Shown here in pieces: positions 42,431 through 52,376 of a stretch of DNA of 56,148 bases. The position numbers and the translations under genes were made by a program. Below the pieces are notes generated by a model. It saw only the letters and a list, made by a program, of their open reading frames with translations, ran no database searches and was not told the DNA's origin. Within the stretch, counting starts at the first letter, position 1. Each line of letters starts with the position of its first letter. This DNA comes from Thermoleophilaceae bacterium (lineage in GTDB: Bacteria; Actinomycetota; Thermoleophilia; Solirubrobacterales; Thermoleophilaceae): NCBI GenBank assembly GCA_034663685.1, contig JAXDJC010000219.1:1-56148 (forward strand). The letters are read 5' to 3'.

Positions 42431-44182
42431 TTGAGCGTGGTGCTCGGCGTGTCGTGCCACTACCACGACTCTGCCGCCGCGTTGCTCCACGACGGCGCGC
42501 TCGTGGCCGGGGCGCAGGAGGAACGGTTCTCGCGCCGCAAGGGGGACGCCCGGCTGCCGGTGCACGCCATGCGCTTCTGCGTCGACTCCGCTGGCCTCGA
42601 CGCCGGGGATGTCGACTACGTGGCCTTCTACGAGAAGCCGCTGCTCAAGTTGGAGCGCACGCTGGCGTCGATGCGCCGGGCATGGCCCGCGTCCGCCTCG
42701 GTGGCCCGGGCGAGCATGAGCAACTGGATGCGGTCGCGCCTGTGGATCCGCGACTCGCTGAGCCGGGCGGCCGGGGTCCCGCCGGACCGCGTGCTGTTCG
42801 TGCGACACCACGAATCCCACGCCGCCAGCGCGGCCCTCTGCGCGCCGTTCGACGAGTCCGCGGTCCTCACGATCGACGGAGTGGGGGAGTGGGCGACCGC
42901 GGCCATCGGCCGCGCAACCACGCCGCGGACCGGTGGCGGCGCATCGTCGATCGACCTGGATCTCGAGCTGCGCTTCCCGCACTCGATCGGACTCTTCTAC
43001 TCGGCGCTCACGCAGTTCCTCGGCTTCGAGGTCAACGAGGGCGAGTACAAGGTGATGGGGTTGGCCGCCTATGGGGAGCCGCGGTTCCGGTCGGCCTTCG
43101 ACCGCGTGGTGCGCCTGCACGCCGACGGGAGCGTCGAGCTGGCGCTCGAGTACTTCGGCTTCCTCACGTCGCTCGAGCGCATGTTCAGCCCGAGGCTCGC
43201 CGACCTCCTCGGCGTGCAGCCGCGCGAGCCGAGCGCGCCCTTCGACGTGGACAACCCGGCCGGCACCGACGCCGTCTACGCGGACATCGCGGCGAGCGTG
43301 CAGGAGCTGACCGAGGACGTGGTCGTGGCCATGGCGCGGCAGGCGAACCGGCGGGCGGGGTCGAGGAACCTCACGATGGCCGGCGGAGTCGCGTTGAACG
43401 GAATCGCGAACCGCCGCGTGCTCGACGAGGCGGGCTTCGACAACCTCTTCATCCAGCCCGCCGCCGGCGACGGAGGGGGCTCCCTCGGAGCCGCGCTCTT
43501 CGTGGAGCACGTCGTGCTCGGGCGCCCGCGGGCATTTGTGATGGAGGATGCCTACTGGGGCGCCGAGTACGGCGACGACGAGATTGAGGCCGCGCTCCGC
43601 CGCGAGGGTGTCGACGCGGAGCGCCTGGACGACGACGAGCGCCTGGCCGAGCTCGTGGCGAGCGAGCTCGTCGAGGGCAGGATCGTGGGCTGGTTCCAGG
43701 GTCGCTTCGAATGGGGCCCGCGCGCGCTCGGCAACCGCAGCATCCTCGCCGACCCGCGCGACCCGGCGATGAAGGCCACGGTCAACGCCCGCATCAAGTA
43801 CCGCGAGCCGTTTCGCCCGTTCGCCCCCTCGATGCTTCGGGAGCACGCCGGCGAGTTCGTGGACGAGCGCTACCTCGGCCAGCAGCCGTCGAAGTTCATG
43901 CTGATGGTGCTGCCCGCGCTCGGCGAGGCGGGCGAGCGAATCGCCGCGGCGGTCCACGGAGGGACGCTCAGGATCCAGGCGGTCGACTCGGAGGTGAACC
44001 CCGCCTACGCCCGGGTGCTGGGGGCCTTCTGCGAGCGGACCGGGGTCCCGGGGGTGCTCAACACGTCGTTCAACCTCAAGGGCGAGCCGATCGTCGCGTC
44101 GCCGGCGGACGCGCTGAGCACGTTCGCCCGCAGCGGCATCGACACGTTGGTAATGGGGAGCCATGTCGTCTCGAAGCACTGA
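42431..44182 (+). CDS. Carbamoyltransferase (NodU/CmcH family)
   Basis: LGVSCHYHDSAAALLHDG, QEERFSRRK and the C-terminal LNTSFNLKGEPIV motifs. Confidence 0.92.
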   Translation: MSVVLGVSCHYHDSAAALLHDGALVAGAQEERFSRRKGDARLPVHAMRFCVDSAGLDAGDVDYVAFYEKPLLKLERTLASMRRAWPASASVARASMSNWMRSRLWIRDSLSRAAGVPPDRVLFVRHHESHAASAALCAPFDESAVLTIDGVGEWATAAIGRATTPRTGGGASSIDLDLELRFPHSIGLFYSALTQFLGFEVNEGEYKVMGLAAYGEPRFRSAFDRVVRLHADGSVELALEYFGFLTSLERMFSPRLADLLGVQPREPSAPFDVDNPAGTDAVYADIAASVQELTEDVVVAMARQANRRAGSRNLTMAGGVALNGIANRRVLDEAGFDNLFIQPAAGDGGGSLGAALFVEHVVLGRPRAFVMEDAYWGAEYGDDEIEAALRREGVDAERLDDDERLAELVASELVEGRIVGWFQGRFEWGPRALGNRSILADPRDPAMKATVNARIKYREPFRPFAPSMLREHAGEFVDERYLGQQPSKFMLMVLPALGEAGERIAAAVHGGTLRIQAVDSEVNPAYARVLGAFCERTGVPGVLNTSFNLKGEPIVASPADALSTFARSGIDTLVMGSHVVSKH

Positions 44183-45200
44183 CCTGCCGTCGGGCGGGCT
44201 CCACGAGCGCGCGCCGCAGATGCGCGACTACGACGCACTCGACCCTGTCTTCCATCCCTACCTCGGCTTCAGCTCGCCGCACAACTTCCGCTCGCCCTCG
44301 GTCTGCACCGACTCGCTGGGCTTCCGCCAGTCGGAATTCGAGTCGAAGGTGGTCAGCACCGAGAGCCACGGGGCCGGCGACGGGTTCGGAGTGGCCCTCG
44401 GCGGCTCGTTCGCGTTCGGTGTCGGGGCCACTCACGACCGGCATTCGTTCGCCTCGCGGCTCGGCGCCGAGTCGGGCCGCCCGTACCTGAACCGCGCGGT
44501 GCGGGCCGGGAACTCGATGCAGGAGCTGCTAGCCGCGCTCCCGGTGCTCGATCGCGCGGACGAGGTGGTTATCTGCACCGGCGTGAACAACCTCGCGCTG
44601 ACGCTGTGGAGCTCGCGCACCTACGACGGTCTGGGCCCGCTCTTCTACGACGAGCCGATCGCGGCGCTTGCCGGCCGCAGGCTCGACGAGCTGGCCGGGG
44701 CGCTCGGAGGGAGCGCCGGGCTCCGGAGCACCTTCAGGGGCGGCCTGGCGGCGGCGCGCGGCCGCGACCGGCCGTCGGGGCCCCCGCGCCCGCGCCTCGA
44801 CCCCGAGGCGATCGTGTCCGCGGCCGCCGGCCGGCACCTCCGCGACGTGGCCCTCGTCGCCGCGGCCGCTCGGGTGGCGACCCGCGTGATCTTCGTGGTG
44901 CAGTCCTTCGGCGATCCGAGGATCCGAGAGCTGCACCACGACGAGCGCGCGCTGATCCAGCCGCTCGACGGCAGCTCGGGCGACTGGTGGACCTCGACGC
45001 TCGAGTTCGTGGGCGAGCACTGGGCCGCGTACACGGAGACACTTCGCTCGGGCTGCGACGAGATCGATGTGCGGTTCGGCGCGCTCGACGCGACCGAGTT
45101 CGAGGGCTGGGCGTACGTGGACCGGGTCCACATGACCGACCACGGCCAGCAGCAGGCAGCCCGGAGAATTGTGGAGATGATGAGCAATGGCGCTGCTTGA
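44163..45200 (+). CDS. SGNH/GDSL-like hydrolase or acyltransferase with a variant block I
   Basis: GGSFAFGVGA (block I, Asp replaced by Gly), TGVNN (block III) and DRVHMTDHG (block V D-x-x-H). 20-nt overlap with the carbamoyltransferase. Confidence 0.55.
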   Translation: MSSRSTDLPSGGLHERAPQMRDYDALDPVFHPYLGFSSPHNFRSPSVCTDSLGFRQSEFESKVVSTESHGAGDGFGVALGGSFAFGVGATHDRHSFASRLGAESGRPYLNRAVRAGNSMQELLAALPVLDRADEVVICTGVNNLALTLWSSRTYDGLGPLFYDEPIAALAGRRLDELAGALGGSAGLRSTFRGGLAAARGRDRPSGPPRPRLDPEAIVSAAAGRHLRDVALVAAAARVATRVIFVVQSFGDPRIRELHHDERALIQPLDGSSGDWWTSTLEFVGEHWAAYTETLRSGCDEIDVRFGALDATEFEGWAYVDRVHMTDHGQQQAARRIVEMMSNGAA

Positions 45201-45323
45201 CCTGCTGCTGCGGAGCGTGTCCCGCATCCGCCACCGGTTCGGCGGGCGCCCGTCGGAGAAGCCGATCGAGAGCGGGCCCGGCTACCCGGTGTGGTGAGGC
45301 GGCCCGCGTCCCCGCCCGCCCGC

Positions 45324-46268
45324 CTAGCCGAACTGCTTGATCGTCGCGCGCCCGCTCAGGGCCTCCACGTGCACCCTGGCCCATTCGAGTAGTCCGCGTG
45401 CGCGCTCCCGGTCGCCGCGGGCGGCGGCCAGCGCGGCGCGCGCGAGGGTGCCGGCCACGTTCAGTACCGCCACGGCGTACGCGTGCGCCAGCCCGCGCCG
45501 GCGGGCGATGCACCCGTACGTCGCGCGCTGCCAGTGCGGCATCAGGTTCTCCGACCCGTAGAGCTTCGACGTGGCCGCCGATCCCTCGTGGTCGACTGCG
45601 GCGCGCGGCTCAAAGCGCGTGACCCAGCCGCTCTCGCGCAGCCGCCAGCCGATGTCGAGGTCCTCGGCGGACATCCACTGGCGCTCGTCGAAGCCGCCCA
45701 CCTCGTCCCAGGCGCTGCGGCGGAACATCAGGAACGCGGCGATGGCCCACGGCACGCGCCGTGCGCGCTCCTTGTCCCAGAAGGCGGGGATCGCGTAGCG
45801 GTCGCCCACGGCCGGGACCAGCCGGTAGACGGCCGTGTTGATCATGAGGGTGTACGGGATCGTGGGGAAGGCGAAGACCGAGTGCTGGGTGCTCCCGTCC
45901 GGAAGTACGAGCCGCGGAGCGATCGCCCCCGCACGTGGGTCGCGCCCACCGGCGTCGAGCATGGCGTCGAGCGCGCCGGGCCGCAGCGCGATGTCCTCGT
46001 TCGACGAGACGATCCATTCGCTCGAGGTGTGTTCGGCAACGAGGTTGACGGCTCGCCCGAACCCCAGGTTCTCCTTGGACGTGACCAGGTTCACCCAGCT
46101 GAACTCGTCGCGCACCATCTCCGGCGAGCCGTCCTCCGAGGCGTTGTCGACCACCCACACCTCGGCTGCGCCGCGCTCGACCTCCGGCTCGAGCGAACGC
46201 AGGCAGCGGGCCAGCAGATCGCGCGTGTTCCACGACACCACGGCGATCGCGACGGGCGCGGGGCTCAC
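45324..46268 (-). CDS. Glycosyltransferase family 2
   Basis: IAVVSWNTRD, VVDNASEDGS and SSNEDI motifs. Confidence 0.88.
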   Translation of the reverse strand: MSPAPVAIAVVSWNTRDLLARCLRSLEPEVERGAAEVWVVDNASEDGSPEMVRDEFSWVNLVTSKENLGFGRAVNLVAEHTSSEWIVSSNEDIALRPGALDAMLDAGGRDPRAGAIAPRLVLPDGSTQHSVFAFPTIPYTLMINTAVYRLVPAVGDRYAIPAFWDKERARRVPWAIAAFLMFRRSAWDEVGGFDERQWMSAEDLDIGWRLRESGWVTRFEPRAAVDHEGSAATSKLYGSENLMPHWQRATYGCIARRRGLAHAYAVAVLNVAGTLARAALAAARGDRERARGLLEWARVHVEALSGRATIKQFG

Positions 46269-46292
46269 GGCCGGCGACTCTATAGCCGGCCC

Positions 46293-47153
46293 TCAGCGGG
46301 CGCGGCGGATCGCGGACCAGACGGACCCCGCGAGTCGCGCGGCGTACGCCACCCGGGCGAGCCTGCGCATGCTGCGCCACTCGGCCGGATCGAGTGCGCC
46401 GGGTCCGAGCCCTATCCATGCCATCGCCTCGTCGCCGCGCACGGCCGCGCGCGGGCGCCGCCACGCGTGCTCGCCGGTTCCGAGCCGGCGCACCACCTGG
46501 CTGCCGCTGTAGCCGTGGAAGAACGCGCGGCGGATCAACGGGGGGAGGCTGTCCTCGGCGGGATGGGTCACGCACGCGCCGGGGCAGTAGGCGAGGCCGA
46601 ATCCCGCGCGGCCCGCGCGCAGGCAGAAGTCCACGTCCTCGCCGATGTGGTGGTAGCCGGTGTCAAGTCCGCCGACCGCCTCGAACGCCTCGCGCTCAAC
46701 GAGCAGGTTGGCCGTGGCGGCCCAGCCCTGTCCGACCCACGCCTCCTGGGAGAAGCGCCAGAGCGCCTCGAAGCGCTCCACTGCGTTCGGCGGATCGCCG
46801 GTCGTGATCCGCACGGGCCCCGCCACGAGGGGCGCCCTGCCCGCGCAGCCCAGCATCGCCGCGAGCCAGCCCGGCTCAGCCACGCAGTCCACGTCGATGA
46901 AGGCAATCAGGTCGCTGCGTGCCTCCGTCACCCCGCGGTTGCGCGCACGCGAGCGGTTCGGGACCGGCTCGTGCACCAGGGTCGCGCCACCCGTCCGGGC
47001 CACCTCCGCGGTGGCGTCGGTCGATGCGTTGTCCACCACGACGACCTCGAAGCGGTCCCGCCGGAGTGTCTGCGCGTCCAGGCTCGCCAGCAGTCCCGGC
47101 AGCTCGGCGGCGCCGTCGCGGACCGGGACGACGACGCTGATCTCCGGGTCCAT
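46293..47153 (-). CDS. Glycosyltransferase family 2
   Basis: ISVVVPVRDG, VVDNASTDAT and FIDVDC motifs. ATG at 47153; the upstream part of the track ORF is a shadow frame. Confidence 0.85.
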   Translation of the reverse strand: MDPEISVVVPVRDGAAELPGLLASLDAQTLRRDRFEVVVVDNASTDATAEVARTGGATLVHEPVPNRSRARNRGVTEARSDLIAFIDVDCVAEPGWLAAMLGCAGRAPLVAGPVRITTGDPPNAVERFEALWRFSQEAWVGQGWAATANLLVEREAFEAVGGLDTGYHHIGEDVDFCLRAGRAGFGLAYCPGACVTHPAEDSLPPLIRRAFFHGYSGSQVVRRLGTGEHAWRRPRAAVRGDEAMAWIGLGPGALDPAEWRSMRRLARVAYAARLAGSVWSAIRRAR

Positions 47154-47216
47154 GCGGCGGGAGCGTATCCACGCCCCTGGGGCCGGCGCGCGGGGGCGCT
47201 GGTACGGTGCGCGCCG

Positions 47217-48038
47217 ATGAGCGCGGCACCCTCCGCAGCCACGGACCTCGGACGGCGCGTGGCCGGGGTCGAGGAGTGGTACCACACGATGGAGCTCGCG
47301 CCCGGCGTGGTCACGCCCGGGTTCTTCGACCACCGCCCGATCCTCGCGACCGTGGGGCTGCCCGCGTCGCTCGCGGGCAAGCGCTGCCTCGACGTGGGCA
47401 CGTTCAACGGCTTCTGGGCCTTCGAGATGGAGCGGCGTGGAGCTGCCGAGGTGGTGGCGATGGACGTGCCCGACCCGCACGACTGGGACTGGCCCGCGCA
47501 CAGCACGGAGGAGACGCTCCAGGCGTTCGACCGGCGCAAGGCCGGCGACACCGGGTTCGAGATCGCCCACGCGGCACTCGGCTCGTCGGTCAGGTGGCTT
47601 CCTCTGAGTGTGTACGACCTCGACCGGGAGACCCACGGCCGCTTCGACTTCGTATACCTCGGCAGCCTGCTCATGCATCTGCGCGACCCGGTCGGCGCGC
47701 TGATGCGCGTGCGCGCCGTGTGCGCGGACGCGCTGCTGGTGGTCGACAACGTTGACCTGCCGCTCACGCTCGCGTTCGGCAACCGCGCCGCGGCGTCGCT
47801 CGACGGGGTGGGCCGGCCGTGGTGGTGGAAGCCGACGGTCGCGGGCCTCGCGCGCATGATCGAGGCGGCCGGGTTTCACGTGACCGGGCCGCCGCGACGC
47901 TTTCGCATGCCGCCCGGCCCCGGCACCGAGCGCCTGCCGCTGTCCCCCACGCTCCTGCGCTCGCGGATCGGGCGCGACGACTTCGTGCGCACCCGCTTCG
48001 GCGACCCGCACGCAGCCGTGCACGCGCGGGTGGGGTAG
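47217..48038 (+). CDS. Class I SAM-dependent methyltransferase (CmoB/DUF1698-like)
   Basis: WYHTMELAPGVVTPG N-terminal pattern, CLDVGTFNGFWAFEM SAM motif and FDFVYLGSLLMHLRDP. Confidence 0.8.
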   Translation: MSAAPSAATDLGRRVAGVEEWYHTMELAPGVVTPGFFDHRPILATVGLPASLAGKRCLDVGTFNGFWAFEMERRGAAEVVAMDVPDPHDWDWPAHSTEETLQAFDRRKAGDTGFEIAHAALGSSVRWLPLSVYDLDRETHGRFDFVYLGSLLMHLRDPVGALMRVRAVCADALLVVDNVDLPLTLAFGNRAAASLDGVGRPWWWKPTVAGLARMIEAAGFHVTGPPRRFRMPPGPGTERLPLSPTLLRSRIGRDDFVRTRFGDPHAAVHARVG

Positions 48039-48041
48039 CGC

Positions 48042-49598
48042 TCACCCCGGCTGGCGCCGGAGCTCGTAGATCGTGGCGCAGCCGAAGTGCCGCACGCTCG
48101 CGACGACAGAAGGCGCCGTCACGCCGAGGTCCACCCGCGAGCGGCAGGCGGACAGCGCGAAGCGCGCCCCCGAGCGGCGGGCGAGGTCGGCGGCGGCCGC
48201 CCCCCTGAGCCCTCCGGTGAACAGCGAGTTCAGGAGACGCATCCGGTGGGGGAAGTCGCGAGTCCAGGACGGGTGCCCCGCCCAGACCGGGCGGCCGCTG
48301 TGCACCGGCACGGCCACGGCGATGGCCGGGTCCGCCAGCACGCCTCCCGGCCGCGGATCGCGGTGCAGCGCGTCCATCGCGCGCATCTCGTCGGGCCGCA
48401 GGTAGTGCGCCTGCATCCCCGTCCTCACCTGGTTGCGCATGTCGTCGGCCGCGAAGAAGGCGCCGGGGACCACGAGAAGGGCGGCCGCAAGGGCTCCGAG
48501 CGCGGCCGGCAGCCGGACAGCCTGCCAGCCGCGCACGGACAGCACGGCGAGCGGCAGGCTGATTCCCTCGAGCGCGTGACCTGGAACCTGACGGAGCCCC
48601 GCGTAAACGGCCAGCATCGCCAGGGGCCACAGGATCAACGCGCGGTCCACGAAGTCCCGCGGCGGGCGCTTGAATGCGCCGAAGATCGCCATTGCGAGCA
48701 GCGGCCCGAGCCCGGCTGCGACGACCCACACGGCGAGGTGGGGCTCGACGTTCTGCCGCCGGGCGACCCCCCAGGCCGCATCGAGCTCGGAGAGCCCGAG
48801 GTAATAGGTGAGGGGAAGCAGCGTGGCGGCCACCGGCACGAGGAGCACCCGGGCCGGCGGCCGGAAGCGCTCCCAGGCGATCAGCCCGATCGTGACCAGG
48901 ATGAGCACCTCCCCCTGCCACGGGTGGAGCCAGGCAGCGGCCAGCCCGGCGAGCGCGGCCCCGGCGACCGCGCGCGTGCGGGAGCGCCCCTCTGCGGTCA
49001 GCGCGCGCTCGGCCGCCAGCAGGTAGGCCGGCATCGCCCCGACGGCGATGGCGGTCGGCAGATAGCCCCACAGCGACCCCGAGATGAACACCTCGCCGAC
49101 CACCTCGGCGAGCTTCGGCGGCAGCGTGGAGCTGCCGCTGCCGGTCCGGCCGATCAGCTCTCCGAAGGGCGGGAAGTAGAACAGCGCGAGGACCAGCGCC
49201 GCGGTTCGGGCACCCGCTCCCTCGACCGTGCGGCGCACGAACAGCGCGAAGCCCGCGAACAGCACGAGGACGGCGACGGGCTTCCAGATCAAGTAGGCGG
49301 CCTGAATTCCCAGCCCCAGCGCCCACAGAGCGCCGCTCACCACGTGCATCGGGTGCAGGAAGACGGCGTCGCTCGGCGGCAGGTCGAACTCGTTCCCGGC
49401 GAGCACCTCGCTGCCGGCTTCCCGGATCCACGAGAGGTACTGGAGCTGGTCGCCCGCGAACGGGCCGTCGGAGCCGGCGAAGGTGTCCCCGGTGACCGCG
49501 GCATGGCGGAGCATCCACGCCAGCGGGGCCAGGCTCCAGAGGCTCAGAAGCACCAGGGTCGCGGCTTCGCCGGCCGAGAGGCTGCGCAGCCGGGCCAT
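48042..49598 (-). CDS. Polytopic membrane protein, stand-alone paralog of the C-terminal module of 39435-42224 (putative GT-C-like)
   Basis: ATG at 49598. About 12 TM helices. Conserved DGPFAGDQLQYLSW loop and a C-terminal soluble domain. Confidence 0.75.
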   Translation of the reverse strand: MARLRSLSAGEAATLVLLSLWSLAPLAWMLRHAAVTGDTFAGSDGPFAGDQLQYLSWIREAGSEVLAGNEFDLPPSDAVFLHPMHVVSGALWALGLGIQAAYLIWKPVAVLVLFAGFALFVRRTVEGAGARTAALVLALFYFPPFGELIGRTGSGSSTLPPKLAEVVGEVFISGSLWGYLPTAIAVGAMPAYLLAAERALTAEGRSRTRAVAGAALAGLAAAWLHPWQGEVLILVTIGLIAWERFRPPARVLLVPVAATLLPLTYYLGLSELDAAWGVARRQNVEPHLAVWVVAAGLGPLLAMAIFGAFKRPPRDFVDRALILWPLAMLAVYAGLRQVPGHALEGISLPLAVLSVRGWQAVRLPAALGALAAALLVVPGAFFAADDMRNQVRTGMQAHYLRPDEMRAMDALHRDPRPGGVLADPAIAVAVPVHSGRPVWAGHPSWTRDFPHRMRLLNSLFTGGLRGAAAADLARRSGARFALSACRSRVDLGVTAPSVVASVRHFGCATIYELRRQPG

Positions 49599-49647
49599 CG
49601 GCCGCACCCTACATCCTGGTCTTCGCTCACGTGTACAGTGCCCGCCG

Positions 49648-50433
49648 ATGCGCCTACCGGGGGGTCGCCAGCGTGCTTCGAAGCCATTCGCGACCGAGCT
49701 CCCGGAGTGGCTGCCGCCGCTCACCACGCAGGGCCTTAGAGCGCGCCTTCAGGAGCAGGTCTTCGGTAGGCGCGGATGGGGCTTCCACGACGTCCTCACG
49801 CACGAGGTCTCCGAGGTCCGGATCGCACGCGTCGTGCAGTGGGTGCGCGACTTCGCAGGTGACCCGGCTCACCTGCGGATCATCGACCTCGGTGCCTACG
49901 AGGGCGCCCATTCGCTGGCCCTGGCGCGCGCGGGCGCTGAGGTCGTGTCCATAGAGGGCCGTGAGGACAACGCGCGCCACATCCTCGCGGCCAAGGAGGC
50001 GGAGGGCCTTGACAACCTGAGCGTGGTGGTCGGCGATGCTCGGCACGAGATCGCCCAGCACGGGATCTTCGACGTGGTGGTCTGCCTCGGGCTCCTCTAC
50101 CACTTCACCGCCGCCGAGCTCGGGCCGTTCCTTGACGCGGTGGTGGCCACGAACTGCGAGCTGGCGATCGTGGAGACGCAGATCGGCCTTTCATCGCCTA
50201 AGGGGTTTGCGTATCGCGGGCACACCTACCGCGGTATCGAGTCGCCCGAGGTGGTGGAGCGACCCGCGGCGTCGCTCAACAATCCGGTGAGCTTCTGGCC
50301 GACCAAGCCGTCCCTCCTCAACCTCCTGTCGCGGGCCGGATTCACGTCGATCGCGGAGGCGCGGGTGCCGAGCATCGCTGTGCTCGCCGCGTTCCAGGAT
50401 CACGTCGCGCTGATCGCCAAGCGCTCGCGGTAG
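49648..50433 (+). CDS. Class I SAM-dependent methyltransferase
   Basis: IIDLGAYEGAHSLALA motif I and FDVVVCLGLLYHF. ATG at 49648. Confidence 0.75.
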   Translation: MRLPGGRQRASKPFATELPEWLPPLTTQGLRARLQEQVFGRRGWGFHDVLTHEVSEVRIARVVQWVRDFAGDPAHLRIIDLGAYEGAHSLALARAGAEVVSIEGREDNARHILAAKEAEGLDNLSVVVGDARHEIAQHGIFDVVVCLGLLYHFTAAELGPFLDAVVATNCELAIVETQIGLSSPKGFAYRGHTYRGIESPEVVERPAASLNNPVSFWPTKPSLLNLLSRAGFTSIAEARVPSIAVLAAFQDHVALIAKRSR

Positions 50434-50463
50434 GGCGCTCGCCGTTGGTACGGTCCCGCGCCG

Positions 50464-51144
50464 ATGCACGTCCCGAGCCGCAGGATCGCCAACCGCCGCG
50501 TGCGTGCCGTGCTCCAGGGCGTCTTCCATCGCATCGACAGGCTGCGTGAGGACACGCTCGCGATCGAGGCCGGCGACCCGCTCGCGGGGCGCTTCGCCGA
50601 GTTCGGCGAGGGGTCGCGGATCGCCACTCCGCGCGTGGCGCTCATCAACCCCGAGCTCGTGGCGCTCGGGCGCGATGTGGAGATCCGCTCCGGCGTCTGC
50701 ATCGAGGCGTACGCCCCCGCCGGCACGGTGGCGCTGCGCTTCGGCGACCGGGTGGTGGTGGGCCACAACGTGCGCTTCGTGGCGGTGAACGGCATCGAGA
50801 TCGGCGAGGACGCCGGCATCGGCCACGGCAGCACCGTGGCCGACACGATCCACGACTGGACGGAGGTGCTCGACGGCGTGCCGGCCAGCACCTCGTCGTT
50901 CGTCGACGGCCCGCCCCTGCGCATCGAGCGCGGCGCGTGGATCGGCAACAACTGCCAGCTCTACCGGGGGATCACGATCGGCGAGCGCGCGATCGTCGCC
51001 CCGGGCAGCGTGGTGACCCGCGACGTGCCGGCCGAGACGATGGTCTCCGGCAACCCGGGCCGGCGCGTGCCCTACCCGAAGGTGCTGAGCGGCAGCGGCG
51101 AGCCCGCCGACGGGGCGGCCGAGCCTACGGACGCCGAGCGGTGA
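50464..51144 (+). CDS. Left-handed beta-helix (hexapeptide-repeat) acyl/acetyltransferase
   Basis: Hexapeptide repeats (IGEDAGIGHGSTV, IERGAWIGNNCQL, ITIGERAIVAPGSVV) ending VSGNPGRRV. Confidence 0.8.
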   Translation: MHVPSRRIANRRVRAVLQGVFHRIDRLREDTLAIEAGDPLAGRFAEFGEGSRIATPRVALINPELVALGRDVEIRSGVCIEAYAPAGTVALRFGDRVVVGHNVRFVAVNGIEIGEDAGIGHGSTVADTIHDWTEVLDGVPASTSSFVDGPPLRIERGAWIGNNCQLYRGITIGERAIVAPGSVVTRDVPAETMVSGNPGRRVPYPKVLSGSGEPADGAAEPTDAER

Positions 51145-52141
51145 CGAACGAGCCGGCGTTGAACGGCGACATCCGGTGGTGCTCGGGGCCCTCGAAGCCG
51201 GCCTCCTCGAGCATGCGGAAGGTCTGCTCGACGGAGTAGGCGCGCCCGCCGCGGTAGACGAGCAGCATCAGGAGGTTGTGCAGCGCGGGCCATACCGGGC
51301 CGTCGCCCTGCTCGTTGAGGAACATCGCGTGCACCACGCCGAGCCCGCCGGGCTCGACCGCGGCGTGCGCCTTGCGCAGGATCGAAACGCACGTGTCCCA
51401 GTCCTCCTGGTGGAGGGTGTTCGAGACGAGCGCGGCGTCGAAGCCGGTCGGGAAGTCGTCCTCGTGGTAGGAGCCGGCGACCGTCGTGACGCGCTCCGCG
51501 AGGCCGTGGTCGGCGATCACCTCGTCCGCGATCGCCACCACCTCCGGCAGGTCGAACACCACGCATTCGAGCTCCGGGTTGGCCTCGGCCAGCAGGATCG
51601 AGTAGGTGCCGGGGCCGCCGCCCGGGTCGATCAGCCGCCTGCGCCCGCCCAGGTCGAGGTGCCGGGCCAGCTCCTTGCCGGGGCCGATCGCGTAGTCGTG
51701 CATCCCGATGATGAAGCGGCGCGTGTACTCCTCGGACTGGCCGAGCTTCTCCTCCGGCACCTCGGCGGGCTCGCCGGTGCGCACGGAGTCGGCGAGCTTG
51801 CCGAAGGTCTGGTTCCAGCCGCCCAGCAGCGACACCCAGGTGTGGAGCGACTCGGGGCGACCGGACACGAGGAACTCCTCGGCCGCCAGGCCGTTGGCGT
51901 ACTTCTCGCCATCGTGCTCGAGCAGGTCGATCGCCACGAGCGCGCCCAGGAGGCGGGCGGTCGAGTCCTCGTCCGTCCCCAGCTCCGCCGCCACCTCGGC
52001 CGCGCTCAGCGAGCGACCGGAGGCGAGCAGGTCGAACACGCCCAGCTCGTTGGCGGCGAACAGAGACTGCGCCGACCAGCCGCCTATGGCGAGGCGGTTG
52101 AGCTTTACGCGGGCCTGGATCCGCCGGCGGTCAAGCGCCAT
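51125..52141 (-). CDS. SAM-dependent O-methyltransferase (Methyltransf_2 type with an N-terminal dimerisation/winged-helix domain)
   Basis: LGVFDLLASGRSLSAAEVAAELG N-domain and LIDPGGGPGTYSILLAE SAM motif. 11-nt overlap with the carrier-protein gene. Confidence 0.85.
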   Translation of the reverse strand: MALDRRRIQARVKLNRLAIGGWSAQSLFAANELGVFDLLASGRSLSAAEVAAELGTDEDSTARLLGALVAIDLLEHDGEKYANGLAAEEFLVSGRPESLHTWVSLLGGWNQTFGKLADSVRTGEPAEVPEEKLGQSEEYTRRFIIGMHDYAIGPGKELARHLDLGGRRRLIDPGGGPGTYSILLAEANPELECVVFDLPEVVAIADEVIADHGLAERVTTVAGSYHEDDFPTGFDAALVSNTLHQEDWDTCVSILRKAHAAVEPGGLGVVHAMFLNEQGDGPVWPALHNLLMLLVYRGGRAYSVEQTFRMLEEAGFEGPEHHRMSPFNAGSFVTARRP

Positions 52142-52376
52142 CGCGGCTGCGATCCACGAGCGACGCGATGGCGGTCAGCGACTTGAAATTGTCCGCGAGC
52201 AGGTCGTCCTCGCCGATGCCGACCCCGAACTTCTCCTCGACGAAGTCCACGACCTCCATCACCCCGAGCGAGTCGATCACGTCCGGGAACAGCGGATCGT
52301 CGTCGCCCAGCTCGGCGCTTTCGTCGAAGAGAAACTGCCTGCGGATGAAGTCGCGGAGGACATCGGTGTCGGCCAT
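52131..52376 (-). CDS. Acyl/peptidyl carrier protein
   Basis: 81 aa and acidic, with an IDSLGVMEV phosphopantetheine-attachment serine motif. Confidence 0.85.
   Translation of the reverse strand: MADTDVLRDFIRRQFLFDESAELGDDDPLFPDVIDSLGVMEVVDFVEEKFGVGIGEDDLLADNFKSLTAIASLVDRSRDGA

Noticed and set aside
42234-42434. 66-aa ORF between the 929-aa membrane protein and the carbamoyltransferase, plus an imperfect hairpin GGCCGTAA-N8-TTACCGGCC at about 42259-42283.
   Set aside because: The ORF has a hydrophobic N-terminus and overlaps the carbamoyltransferase TTG start. It is short and Arg/Ala-rich with no recognisable motif. The hairpin has a bulge and no U-tract. The evidence supports neither a gene nor a terminator call.
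45187-45297. 36-aa ORF (MALLDLLLRSVSRIRHRFGGRPSEKPIESGPGYPVW) overlapping the end of the SGNH-like gene.
   Set aside because: Too short, with no RBS-like sequence or motif. It could be chance in the convergent intergenic region.
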